Assembly (NCBI GenBank): GCA_043824255.1 | Contig: JBDRTG010000047.1 | Coordinates: 32,001 to 96,000 of the forward strand | From: a bacterium | GTDB taxonomy: Bacteria; JAHJDO01 | Direction: 5' to 3' | Length of the DNA stretch: 64,000 bases | Notes under the pieces: generated by a model | Databases searched by the model: none | What the model was told of the DNA's origin: nothing | What the model saw: the letters and a program-made list of their open reading frames with translations, nothing else | Position numbers and translations under genes: made by a program | Part shown: piece after piece, positions 1 through 9,326 of the stretch | How the letters are laid out: each line of letters begins with the position of its first letter | Numbering within the stretch: the stretch's first letter is position 1

Positions 1-469
1 TGGTAGGCAGTGGGTTACTCCAAATGATAATACTCACTTCTTCCTCTCTTGAAATATCAAAGGATCCCAGCCGAGTGCCGGTTACTTTTCTTGACCATGG
101 AGAAAGAAAAGTACGTTTAGTAGCCATCTGTACCTTTTCGGAAGATCTTCTAAATTTAATCTCTTCTGGTCTAAGCCGACTTTTATGTTCAACTCTCGTT
201 TTCTCTACGGATTTTTCTCTTCTTTCAGTATCCTCTCTCTTTCTTCGTTCCCTTTGTTCCATCCTTTCTTTTCTTTCTGTTCTCTCGATTCTCTCTGTTC
301 TTTCTGTCCTGCTTTTTCTCTCAGTTCTTCTCTCGGTTCTCTCTTCTGTTCTTTGCGTTTCGCTTCGGCCACTGCTTTGTGAGCGATCTCGCGCCATTAC
401 AGGAATAGCAAAAGAGCTAATAAACATCAGAGTAATTGCTATGATCAGAAGTTTCTGCCGAGTAAACAT
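1..469 (-). CDS. Secreted protein with Arg/Glu/Thr-rich low-complexity region (runs off window start; not in ORF track)
   Basis: Manual translation from ATG 469: MFTRQKLLIIAITLMFISSFAIPVMA (signal-peptide-like), then RDRSQSSGRSETQRTEERTERRTERKSRTERTERIERTERKER...; frame open to the window edge. Confidence 0.7.
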   Translation of the reverse strand, partial: MFTRQKLLIIAITLMFISSFAIPVMARDRSQSSGRSETQRTEERTERRTERKSRTERTERIERTERKERMEQRERRKREDTERREKSVEKTRVEHKSRLRPEEIKFRRSSEKVQMATKRTFLSPWSRKVTGTRLGSFDISREEEVSIIIWSNPLPT

Positions 470-567
470 GTTAAGCCATCCATAGTATTATTTTTAACTT
501 CACCGAAATCACATTTATCCTATCAACTCCTAAGTTTTCCGTCAAACAAATTAACGTCTTCGTGTAT

Positions 568-1524
568 TCAAAAGACATAATGGATGCCAAAAGACGTAGT
601 CGTGTCACTGTAATCTTCAGACGACTCATTAGAATTGTTCTCAGAATAGCTACAGTTTAGTGAAAGAGAAGTTGTTTTACTTATATCATAATGCAAAGAA
701 GCTGATATATCATAACTATTGTCCTTCTGAGTACTGTCGCTATCCACAAGGAGTCTTTCATCATATTCTTTTATTTGGTATCCCCCACTTATCGTACCGA
801 GAAACTTATCTGATATGACCGACGCGCTAATTGTTAAACTCACCCTGTATGAAGAATAATCGTAGTAGTCCATATACTCGTCATTGGAGTCATTTCTATA
901 ATATTTGTTTTTAAGCTTTATTGAAGTATCATTAACCCAAATTCCTAATTCATGAGTTAGACAGTTGCGCAAGTCCTTTCGATTAAAATCCATGTTTGCT
1001 TCGGACTTATCCCGAGTTTTTTGTTCATAAAAATCTTTAGATATAAAGTCATAGGATAGTTTTTGATAAATCCATTCCTTGATATCATGCCTAAAGCTGA
1101 GCTTGGAATCATTACCAAAGTAATCTGAATCATCATCAGGGTAATATAGAGATTCAAAATTATGGCTTATAGTTGCAGTGAATATATCTGTCAATTTTCT
1201 GGTGAGTTCTAGTTCTATGTTATTATCATAAAAAGAAGCTTCGTTGATTTTGTAATAGCTCTTGCTATTGAGATAGTAGTCAATTTTTGCTTTATATAAT
1301 TCGCTAAAAGGGCATTCATATCCAAGTTCCATGTCAAATTGAGAAAAGAAATCTTCCTTTCTTTCTGATTCTGATGAATCCAAGTTTACATTATTGTCAT
1401 ATCCATTATTGAAATCAACATAAAACAGTGTCTTTCCCGCTTCTCCTTTTTGTCCAGCCCCGAATAAAACCAAAGGGAATAATAAAATAAAAAGCATAAA
1501 GATTGCCTTCAAAAAAAAATTCAT
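568..1524 (-). CDS. Outer-membrane beta-barrel protein
   Basis: Likely start MNFFLK (ATG 1524) with signal peptide; Y/D/N/S-rich amphipathic strands; C-terminus FGIHYVF ends in the typical Phe. Confidence 0.7.
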   Translation of the reverse strand: MNFFLKAIFMLFILLFPLVLFGAGQKGEAGKTLFYVDFNNGYDNNVNLDSSESERKEDFFSQFDMELGYECPFSELYKAKIDYYLNSKSYYKINEASFYDNNIELELTRKLTDIFTATISHNFESLYYPDDDSDYFGNDSKLSFRHDIKEWIYQKLSYDFISKDFYEQKTRDKSEANMDFNRKDLRNCLTHELGIWVNDTSIKLKNKYYRNDSNDEYMDYYDYSSYRVSLTISASVISDKFLGTISGGYQIKEYDERLLVDSDSTQKDNSYDISASLHYDISKTTSLSLNCSYSENNSNESSEDYSDTTTSFGIHYVF

Positions 1525-1556
1525 GTCTTTAAATCCTTTCTTAAAATTATGTGCAT

Positions 1557-2330
1557 TTACCAGCTTCCGCTTGCACCTCCGCCGCCGGACATGCCACCTC
1601 CAAACCCGCCAAAACCTCCACCAAAACCGCCTGAACCACTTCCTCCCCAATAGCCGCCTCTGCCAGCCATTGATCCAAAAAGCAATACTCCAAGAAGACC
1701 TGTCCTTGAACCTAAGATAAGCATTAAGAATAACAATGTGAAGATTATGCTTGCTATGGAGCTGGCAGCTGAACGCTTTCGCACTACATATGCAGTTCTT
1801 GGCAAGGAATTCAGCCCTGATAGCTTAACATTATATTCCTTAGCAACAAGATTTGATATTGTAGCAACAGCGCTTACAAGGCCCTTTCCAAACTGACCTA
1901 CTTTAAAGTTTGGCGACATCTGTTTGCGAATAATCTCTCCGCAGAGTCCATCAGGCAAAACTCCCTCTAACCCATAACCAACCTCTATGCCGACCTTTCT
2001 TTCCTTCATTGCAAGAACAATTAATACCCCGTTATCTTTCCCCTTTTTACCTATCTTCCACTTCTCAAAAAGCTCGTTCTTATAAATATTGATCTCAGAG
2101 CCTTCAATATTCGGGACCGTTACAATCGCTATTTCTGCAGATGTTTTCTTCTCAAGTTCAGTAATTAAATTAGTTATTATGCCCTTCTCACTACTGTTCA
2201 GAACCCTGGCGAAGTCATTTACATAGCCGGTGTAATTTGGATATCTATCTGCTCCAAAAATACTTACATGGGATAGAACAAAAACACAAAACAGTGTGAG
2301 TAAAAGTAATTTTGATTTACCAGAGTTCAT
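1557..2330 (-). CDS. TPM-domain (YgcG-like) membrane protein
   Basis: YVNDFA, WKIGKKGKDNGVL, EVGYGLEG motifs; TM helix; Gly-rich tail ending GGGASGSW. Confidence 0.9.
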   Translation of the reverse strand: MNSGKSKLLLLTLFCVFVLSHVSIFGADRYPNYTGYVNDFARVLNSSEKGIITNLITELEKKTSAEIAIVTVPNIEGSEINIYKNELFEKWKIGKKGKDNGVLIVLAMKERKVGIEVGYGLEGVLPDGLCGEIIRKQMSPNFKVGQFGKGLVSAVATISNLVAKEYNVKLSGLNSLPRTAYVVRKRSAASSIASIIFTLLFLMLILGSRTGLLGVLLFGSMAGRGGYWGGSGSGGFGGGFGGFGGGMSGGGGASGSW

Positions 2331-3079
2331 TTTAGTTCATCCACTATTAATGCAAGCTTTCTTATTTCTTCTAGATACGTTTCAAATGCTTGCTCAGCAG
2401 GTTGATCACCAATTTTTTCATCACCTTTTTTATCTCTTAAGATATTAAAAAATATCTGGTCATTTATATTGAACTTGTTTTTCATAAGCTCAATTACATC
2501 TTCTTTTGTAGTTGGGGGAGTTTCTCCTTTAAGACGGAGTATGTTCCTGAAGATTGGAAATAATGATGTCAGAGAATCTATCATAAGTGATTCTATTCCT
2601 TTCCGCTTCAGGCCAATCTCAAGATATGCCTGCCTTAAGCGTATCAATTTACCCTTTATCTGGGATTCACACTGTAACCTGATATTTTCCTGATTTATTT
2701 TAATATCCTCCAGAATGTCCTCTCCATAAACAAGAAGATGGTTCTCCTTCATTTCAAGAAATTCTATTGGGAAAACATCTGTTGAAGTTTCAATATGACG
2801 CATAGTTAAGAAAAGCGGAGCAGTTATTCTTTTTTTTCTGCCTTTTGCAACAAGTTTTAAACTTTTTTTAAGCTCATTCAATCCGAGATTATTGAAAACG
2901 ATCATTATATTTATATTTGACTTTTTTGGCACAAACTCTTTGCCTGTTGCGCTCCCATAGAGAATTATTGCTTTTATATTATCCGCGTGTATCTCAACCA
3001 GTTTTTCACAAAAAGGCACAATACTGCTTTTAACTTCTTCACAAACGCCATTTAAAACATCAATGTTTAGATTTTTCAT
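2327..3079 (-). CDS. Nucleotidyltransferase-fold protein
   Basis: ILYGSA...SNIN and DVFPIEFLE motifs; family typically adjacent to TPM/LemA genes. Confidence 0.7.
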   Translation of the reverse strand: MKNLNIDVLNGVCEEVKSSIVPFCEKLVEIHADNIKAIILYGSATGKEFVPKKSNINIMIVFNNLGLNELKKSLKLVAKGRKKRITAPLFLTMRHIETSTDVFPIEFLEMKENHLLVYGEDILEDIKINQENIRLQCESQIKGKLIRLRQAYLEIGLKRKGIESLMIDSLTSLFPIFRNILRLKGETPPTTKEDVIELMKNKFNINDQIFFNILRDKKGDEKIGDQPAEQAFETYLEEIRKLALIVDELK

Positions 3080-3172
3080 ATTATCGTCTCCCTTTACTTA
3101 TTTGAGTATTTTTGATTATAGCAGAGGTTTATTTATGTTACAACCAGTCAAATAATAAGGTGGTCTTTTGTG

Positions 3173-3817
3173 TTATGCAGAATTTGTTCTTGATGGACAC
3201 AGGTCATTAAGAATGCACTTGGAACAGATGGGTTTTCTTGCCTGACATATTTTTCTCCCATGAGATATGAGTAAAAATGAGAACTCGCCCCATTTATCTT
3301 TTGGAACAATATTCATAAGATCTTTTTCTATCTTTTCGGGATTATCATTCTTTGTTAAGCCCAGTCTCTGCGATAACCTTTTCACATGAGTATCAACCAC
3401 AATGCCTTCAATTACTCTATATGCGCTTGTAAGCACTACATTTGCCGTTTTTCTTGCAACTCCGGGAAGAAGCAGTATCTCTTTCATTGTTCTTGGAACT
3501 TGCCCGTCAAATTTTCCTATAAGCATCTTACAGGCATTCTTTATATTTTTTGCCTTATTCCTGAAGAAGCCTGTTTGTCTTATATCTTTTTCTAATTCAG
3601 AAAGTTCTGCATTGGCATAATCCCCTACAGACTTGTACTTTCTAAATAATTCTTTTGTTACTTTATTTACCCTTTCATCCGTACATTGGGCAGAGAGTAT
3701 TGTTGATATGAGAAGTTGGTGCGGACTTTTATAGTGTAGAGTAGTCTTTGTGCTAGGATATTCTTTTATCAGTCTGGAAATTATAAAAGGGAGAGATTTT
3801 CTTTCGTCTGTTTCCAA
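3173..3817 (-). CDS. nth: Endonuclease III
   Basis: LSAQCTDERVN, HhH LPGVARKTA, VDTHV, C-terminal 4Fe-4S CxxxxxxCxxCxxxxxC. Confidence 0.95.
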   Translation of the reverse strand: METDERKSLPFIISRLIKEYPSTKTTLHYKSPHQLLISTILSAQCTDERVNKVTKELFRKYKSVGDYANAELSELEKDIRQTGFFRNKAKNIKNACKMLIGKFDGQVPRTMKEILLLPGVARKTANVVLTSAYRVIEGIVVDTHVKRLSQRLGLTKNDNPEKIEKDLMNIVPKDKWGEFSFLLISHGRKICQARKPICSKCILNDLCPSRTNSA

Positions 3818-4332
3818 TAATTTTTAAACTCCTCGTATTTTTGAGTTGTCTTTTTTTTGAGAGATTGCGGCAGTAGAGACTTCATAGCTAAAAATGCTGT
3901 TTTTGCCTTCGGAAGTATACGGGATTCTCCTGTAAATTTACTATCCTTAGGCAACAGAACCACTAAGAAAACAAGCAGTACACCTACAATACATGCGCCT
4001 TTAATAAAACCAAATAATACTCCTCCTACATGGTCAATCCCCCTTAAAGGAGATTTTTTTATAAACTTATTACAGAAATGTCCTAATATTAGAATAACTC
4101 CAGCGCTAATAACAAAAAGTACTATAAAGCATAACCCTTTTATAAATACTGAATCACCCATCTTTTCTCTAAACATTTCAACTAAAAATACATAGAAATG
4201 GCTGGCAACAATATACCCAAGAATAATAGCAGCCAGGTTTATAATGGTTTTGAAAAAACCTTTAATTCCACTCCATACAGTTACTATTCCTAGAATCAAA
4301 ATTATGATAAGATCCAGAGCATTAAGTGTCAT
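3781..4332 (-). CDS. cvpA: CvpA family membrane protein
   Basis: N-terminal LD, four TM segments, DHVGGVLFGFIKG. Confidence 0.8.
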   Translation of the reverse strand: MTLNALDLIIILILGIVTVWSGIKGFFKTIINLAAIILGYIVASHFYVFLVEMFREKMGDSVFIKGLCFIVLFVISAGVILILGHFCNKFIKKSPLRGIDHVGGVLFGFIKGACIVGVLLVFLVVLLPKDSKFTGESRILPKAKTAFLAMKSLLPQSLKKKTTQKYEEFKNYWKQTKENLSLL

Positions 4333-4928
4333 TATAATTCCCCCCTTTTTTCCATGGCTTTAGCTAATGTTGCCTGATCTGTATACTCAATATTTCCACC
4401 AACAGGGATACCTCTAGCAATTCTGGTTACTTTGATCCCTAATGGCTTTATTATCTTACCAAGATACATTGCTGTAGCCTCACCTTCTGTATTAGGATTT
4501 GTTGCTAATATAACTTCTTTGACATCTACAGATATTCTTCCAAGAAGTTCTTTTATTCTTAAGTCATCAGGGCCTATTCCGTCAAGCGGAGATATAGCGC
4601 CCATTAATACGTGATATGTCCCTTTATATATTCCTATTTTTTCTATTGCAATTATATCATTTGGTTCTTCAACAACACATATTATGCTCTTATCTCTGCC
4701 TGGATTTATGCAAATTGGACAGTATTCTCCTTCTGAAAAATTATTACATATAGAACAATACCTTGTTTTCTCCTTTATATCTACAATAGCTTGCGTAAGT
4801 TCCCTAGCTTCCTCTATAGGTATTTTCATCAGATGAAATGCCATCTTTTGAGCACTTCTTGGGCCAATGCCAGGTAACTTGCCTAATTCTTTAACTAGTT
4901 TGTCAAGAGATTCTGTGTAATACACCAC
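4332..4928 (-). CDS. recR: Recombination mediator RecR
   Basis: LPGIGPRSAQ HhH, C4 zinc finger, Toprim ATNPNTEGEATA. Confidence 0.97.
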   Translation of the reverse strand: MVYYTESLDKLVKELGKLPGIGPRSAQKMAFHLMKIPIEEARELTQAIVDIKEKTRYCSICNNFSEGEYCPICINPGRDKSIICVVEEPNDIIAIEKIGIYKGTYHVLMGAISPLDGIGPDDLRIKELLGRISVDVKEVILATNPNTEGEATAMYLGKIIKPLGIKVTRIARGIPVGGNIEYTDQATLAKAMEKRGEL

Positions 4929-4936
4929 TATCCCCC

Positions 4937-5251
4937 CTATATAGTAAGGCCCGGTATATTCAGACCGCCTGTTAATTTACTCATTTCCCCTGTAACCATC
5001 TCTTTGGATTTACGCAATCCTTCATTAATAGCTGCAATAATAAGATTTTCAAGCATCTCTATATCGTCTGGATCTACTACTTCCTTCTCAATTTTAACAC
5101 TGGTTATTTCCTGATTCCCATTAGCTATTACTGTGACCATCCCACCGCCAGCAGTTGCCTCTACTGTCTTATTTGCCATTTCCGCCTGTATTTTAGCCAT
5201 ATCTTTCTGCATTCTCTGTGCTTGTTTAAGAAATTTACCTATCCCTGCCAT
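4937..5251 (-). CDS. ybaB: YbaB/EbfC nucleoid-associated protein
   Basis: [20 protein letters not shown]; lies between dnaX and recR. Confidence 0.95.
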   Translation of the reverse strand: MAGIGKFLKQAQRMQKDMAKIQAEMANKTVEATAGGGMVTVIANGNQEITSVKIEKEVVDPDDIEMLENLIIAAINEGLRKSKEMVTGEMSKLTGGLNIPGLTI

Positions 5252-5254
5252 TTT

Positions 5255-6910
5255 CTACCTCCATCTTTTTTTAGTAATTTTAACAACTTTAGCCCCAAAC
5301 TTTTCCATTACAGTTTTGACTGCAGGATTGTCTAGCAATTTTTCATTCTGTTCTTCAACTTGCTGTTTTTCGAAGCCTTCGTTGTTTTTAAACGTATGGT
5401 TGTCTTTTTCCACAGGTACGCATCTTACTGTTATATTATGCCCTAACACCTCTAATAATATCTCTTCAATAAATTTTCTCTCAGCTTCAACCTTTTCCAA
5501 AAACAATCTGGCGTTTGGTCCAAATCCAATTTCTAATGTACTCATTTCCAGGTTTACAGGAGCTCCTTCTGATAAAAAGACTCCCAATATCATTTTTTGT
5601 TTTTTTAATGTTGAGATTACTTCTGGCCACTTTTGCTTCACAATATCTACGGTTAAATCCTGTTGAACTGGTTTTGCTTGAACTGTTTTCTCCTGTTGAA
5701 TGGAACCGGAAACTGGCTCTGCTTTTACATCTGGCTCTGCAACAAAGTAATCAGTTCCATTTTCTAATTTTTTTTCTAATTCTCCTAACTTTTCTACAAT
5801 TTCCCCCAGCATAACAGGAGACACAGTATTTACTATCTTAATCATCGCAATTTCAAGAAAAGCTCTAGGGGTTCTTGTTGTTCTTATGTTTTTCTCAAGA
5901 GAAGAAATCATCTCAAGTATCTGCCATAACCGGTCTTTTCGAAACTGTTTTGCATGGAGAACTAATGTCTCTTTTGTATCTTGAGATACATCTACTAGGT
6001 TTTCCCCATGCTCTCCAAGACTAATGAAAAACAGGTTCCGAAAATAGTTAATGAGCCCATTTGCCACCTGTCCTATGTCTCTTCCTTCGTTTACTAATTT
6101 ATCAACCAGTATTAATAGTTTAACAATATCTTTGTGTAATATATTCTCAGCAAACTGAAAATATATATCCTGGCTGACTAAGCCCAAAAGACTGTTTACA
6201 GTATGTACAGTAATTTCCTTACCTGGAGAGAAGGAAATCAATTGATCCAGTACACTCTGAGCATCCCGTATACTGCCATCTGCGTTTTTTGCTATTAAAA
6301 ACAGGGCTTCATCGGTTACTTTGATTTTCTCAGCTTTAACCATATGTTCTAAATGTTTTACTAAGTCTTGTGTTTGTATTCTTTTAAATGAGAAGTGCTG
6401 ACAGCGAGACAGAATAGTTAAAGGTATCTTATGAGGCTCTGTTGTTGCAAATATAAACTTAACATGTTCTGATGGCTCTTCCAATGTCTTGAGTAATGCA
6501 TTAAATGCTTCTGTTGTGAGCATATGAACTTCATCTATTATATAAACCTTATACTTCCCCTGAGAGGGTGTATATCTGACATTATCACGTAAATTTCTAA
6601 TCTCATCAATCCCTCTATTAGATGCGCCATCTATTTCAAGAACATCAATATTATTTCCTTCCGCAATTTCGAGACATATGCTGCATTTATTACAAGGCAC
6701 TGCGTCTTTTACTTGCGGACAATTAAGTACTTTAGCAAGTATTCTTGCTGTAGAGGTTTTGCCAATACCTCTTGGCCCACTGAAGATATAAGCATGTGCC
6801 AGATGCCCTGATGTTACGGCATTTGCTAGCGTTTTAGTTACATGTTCCTGCCCAATAAGTTCAGAGAACTTTTTAGGTCTCCACTTTCTTGCAAGTACCA
6901 AATATGACAC
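5255..6910 (-). CDS. dnaX: DNA polymerase III subunit gamma/tau
   Basis: LARKWRP, GPRGIGKT, IDEVHML, SRC; GTG start after GGAGG. Confidence 0.97.
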   Translation of the reverse strand: MSYLVLARKWRPKKFSELIGQEHVTKTLANAVTSGHLAHAYIFSGPRGIGKTSTARILAKVLNCPQVKDAVPCNKCSICLEIAEGNNIDVLEIDGASNRGIDEIRNLRDNVRYTPSQGKYKVYIIDEVHMLTTEAFNALLKTLEEPSEHVKFIFATTEPHKIPLTILSRCQHFSFKRIQTQDLVKHLEHMVKAEKIKVTDEALFLIAKNADGSIRDAQSVLDQLISFSPGKEITVHTVNSLLGLVSQDIYFQFAENILHKDIVKLLILVDKLVNEGRDIGQVANGLINYFRNLFFISLGEHGENLVDVSQDTKETLVLHAKQFRKDRLWQILEMISSLEKNIRTTRTPRAFLEIAMIKIVNTVSPVMLGEIVEKLGELEKKLENGTDYFVAEPDVKAEPVSGSIQQEKTVQAKPVQQDLTVDIVKQKWPEVISTLKKQKMILGVFLSEGAPVNLEMSTLEIGFGPNARLFLEKVEAERKFIEEILLEVLGHNITVRCVPVEKDNHTFKNNEGFEKQQVEEQNEKLLDNPAVKTVMEKFGAKVVKITKKRWR

Positions 6911-6937
6911 GAAAAAACCTCCTTACTACAGATAACC

Positions 6938-7234
6938 TCTGCCGCACACCATCCTTTGATCCTGCCTTTTAGTTAGTTATTCAACAGCCAGCTCCAGCTA
7001 GATATCCCCATAACACCCAAAAATATTTACTTACCGCTGCTCCCTTCCAGGCCTAACGGGGTTTGCAAACTTTTGCCGCATGGGATCCAGCCTTCATCGC
7101 TACTTATCCAACACCCTTCCAAAAGACACATTGACCTCAAGAAGGAATTCAATCCTGCTGTAGCGGATTGCAGGTCATCCCGAGTTATACCTCAGAAATC
7201 AGGGCACCGCTATCTCCCCATCTAGTGCGACAGA
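6938..7234 (-). ncRNA. ffs: Large (Alu-domain-containing) bacterial SRP RNA
   Basis: Alu motif GGGGAGATAGCGGTGCCCTG...ACCTGCAATCCGCT; helix 8 CCGTTAGGCCTGGAAGGGAGCAGCGG; terminal pairing TCTGTCGCAC/GTGCGGCAGA; lies immediately upstream of dnaX. Confidence 0.92.
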
Positions 7235-7288
7235 ACTAAAACATTCTATAATTTAAGTTATTTTAGCGTATTTGATATGGAGTAGCAA

Positions 7289-8869
7289 TTACTTTTTTTT
7301 AGGATTTCTTAGCCTTTCAAGATTTTTCTTGGATTTAGAATATCCATGATAAATCTTCAAGGCTTTTATCCATGACTCTCTAGCCTTTGGATAATTCTTT
7401 TGTTTGTAATATGTCAGACCTAACCTGTTATATGTATCTGCCAGATATAGGCGGGCTTTTGTATAAGAGGGATTTAAGGTCAGCGCTTTTTGAAACTGTG
7501 CAACAGCTGTATAAAAGTGCTGCTTTTCTAAATATACAGCGCCCATATTAAAATAGGCAGTAGAATAACCCGGTGCGATTTCAACCGCTTTTTTGAAATG
7601 CAGTAGGGCATTCTCGTACCTTCCATCTGTTGCATACGCATTGCCAAGATTATTATGCACTCTTGGCTCGTTTGGTCTGAATCTTAATATGTAATTATAC
7701 AGAGTAATTTCATCTTTCCAATGAAGACTCTGAAGATTAGTAAGCACTATTCCAGCAATAACTATAAATACAAGAAAAATATAAGGTACGCATTTTCTCT
7801 TTCCTTTACCTGCCTTTGGAGAAAGCAAAAGACTCGAGACAACAAGGAAGAAACCTATTGAAGGAAAGTATAACCAGTGTTCTGCTACTGTTGCATTTAA
7901 TCTAAGCGTATTTTGATATGGGATAAGCGATATTATAAACCATATTGAGCCAAAAAGAACAGGCTTTTTCTTTCTAAAAATGATGACAAAAAGAATAAAT
8001 GCAAGAGGTATAACAATTGATAGTATTCCGTATGGGCAAAAGATTGAGTGAGGGATATGGAGTTCTCTTTGATAATGAAGATTTATAGGAAACAAGATAA
8101 GTCTCAGGTACTCAGTAAAAGATCTGCTTATAACAAGTAAAAGATGAGGTATGTTCATATTTTGTTTGAATAGAAACACTCCAATCTCATTCTTTAACAG
8201 ACCCAGCCGCATTGTCCCATAGATTATAGAAGTTATAAGAAATATCAGATAATGCCGTAATTTAATCTTTGGCCTAAAACAAAATCCATATGTTCCAAGA
8301 AGTAAGATAAATACTATAGCATATGCTTTTGTAAGCAGGGCAAGTATATAGAAAGCAATAGCACAAAACATTCCCCAGAACTTGTTTTTAGGGGCATATG
8401 TTATAAACAGGAGTAATGAGCTAAGCATAAATAAGGTTACTATTGGATCAGCTCTGCCGGATATATATGTAACAGCCTCAGTATGAATTGGATGTACCAG
8501 AAAGAGAAGAGCTGTAAAAAATGCTATCTTTCCTTCTTTGAACATATAGAGGATTATTCTGTATAGCAGAATAGTGTTTAAAATATGAAGCAGAAGATTT
8601 GTCAGATGATATCCAACAGGATTCTCTTTCCATATGCTGTAATCTATCAGAAATGAAAGCGAGACAATAGGCCTGTAAAAGATTCCCCCTTCACCAGTTT
8701 TATTGTAGAGAAATGATGTAAAAATATCTCCAATATGTTTCCAGCTTTTTATATATGGATTTATGCTAATTAGACCAATATCATCCCATACAAAGCTGTT
8801 CTGAAAAGAGGTTAGATATGCGGCTATTCCTGCAAGAATGAGTATAAGAATATATTTGCGGTTATTCAT
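7289..8869 (-). CDS. TMTC-like GT-C glycosyltransferase with C-terminal TPRs
   Basis: FVWDD, YRP, HPIHTEAV.YISGR and AEHWLY motifs; many TM helices; TPR repeats. Confidence 0.8.
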   Translation of the reverse strand: MNNRKYILILILAGIAAYLTSFQNSFVWDDIGLISINPYIKSWKHIGDIFTSFLYNKTGEGGIFYRPIVSLSFLIDYSIWKENPVGYHLTNLLLHILNTILLYRIILYMFKEGKIAFFTALLFLVHPIHTEAVTYISGRADPIVTLFMLSSLLLFITYAPKNKFWGMFCAIAFYILALLTKAYAIVFILLLGTYGFCFRPKIKLRHYLIFLITSIIYGTMRLGLLKNEIGVFLFKQNMNIPHLLLVISRSFTEYLRLILFPINLHYQRELHIPHSIFCPYGILSIVIPLAFILFVIIFRKKKPVLFGSIWFIISLIPYQNTLRLNATVAEHWLYFPSIGFFLVVSSLLLSPKAGKGKRKCVPYIFLVFIVIAGIVLTNLQSLHWKDEITLYNYILRFRPNEPRVHNNLGNAYATDGRYENALLHFKKAVEIAPGYSTAYFNMGAVYLEKQHFYTAVAQFQKALTLNPSYTKARLYLADTYNRLGLTYYKQKNYPKARESWIKALKIYHGYSKSKKNLERLRNPKKK

Positions 8870-8885
8870 CCAGCGCTCATTACTG

Positions 8886-9305
8886 CTAGCTCTTTAGGGA
8901 TTTGCTGTCCAGATATCCCTGGAGAATGAGCTGACTTGCAATCCTGTCAACTTTCTTCTTCTTTTTTCTGCCTTTTACATTTAAAGCCGTAAGACTTCTT
9001 TGTGCAATAACAGTTGTTAATCGCTCGTCCCAATGTTTAATCGGAATACATACTGAAGAACCTAGGGCTTTCGAAAATTTCATTACTTTTTCTGCCTGCG
9101 GACCAAGAGTGCCATTCATATTTTTAGGCATGCCAACAACAACTTCATCTATATGTAACTGATTTACTAGGTTACATATTTCTTTTATAGCTTGATCATC
9201 AGATTCTCTGTAAATATTTTCGCGTCCCTGTGCTGTTATGCCCAGCTCGTCACTTACAGACACGCCTATGTGCTTATCGCCAATATCCAATCCGAGAATT
9301 CTCAT
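8886..9305 (-). CDS. ruvX: YqgF/RuvX nuclease
   Basis: ILGLDIG, WDERLTT, ILQGYLD. Confidence 0.95.
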   Translation of the reverse strand: MRILGLDIGDKHIGVSVSDELGITAQGRENIYRESDDQAIKEICNLVNQLHIDEVVVGMPKNMNGTLGPQAEKVMKFSKALGSSVCIPIKHWDERLTTVIAQRSLTALNVKGRKKKKKVDRIASQLILQGYLDSKSLKS

Positions 9306-9326
9306 TACACAGTATATTGATTATTT

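Noticed and set aside
200..360. CRISPR-like array in the TC-rich repeats
   Set aside because: Degenerate coding low-complexity sequence with no constant repeat-spacer structure.
24..485. Plus-strand 153-aa Leu/Ser-rich ORF
   Set aside because: Antisense shadow of the R/E-rich minus-strand gene.
1525..1650. Arg/Trp-rich N-terminal extension of the 360-aa ORF
   Set aside because: Alternate-frame reading of the Gly-rich tail of the TPM gene; the real start is ATG 1524.
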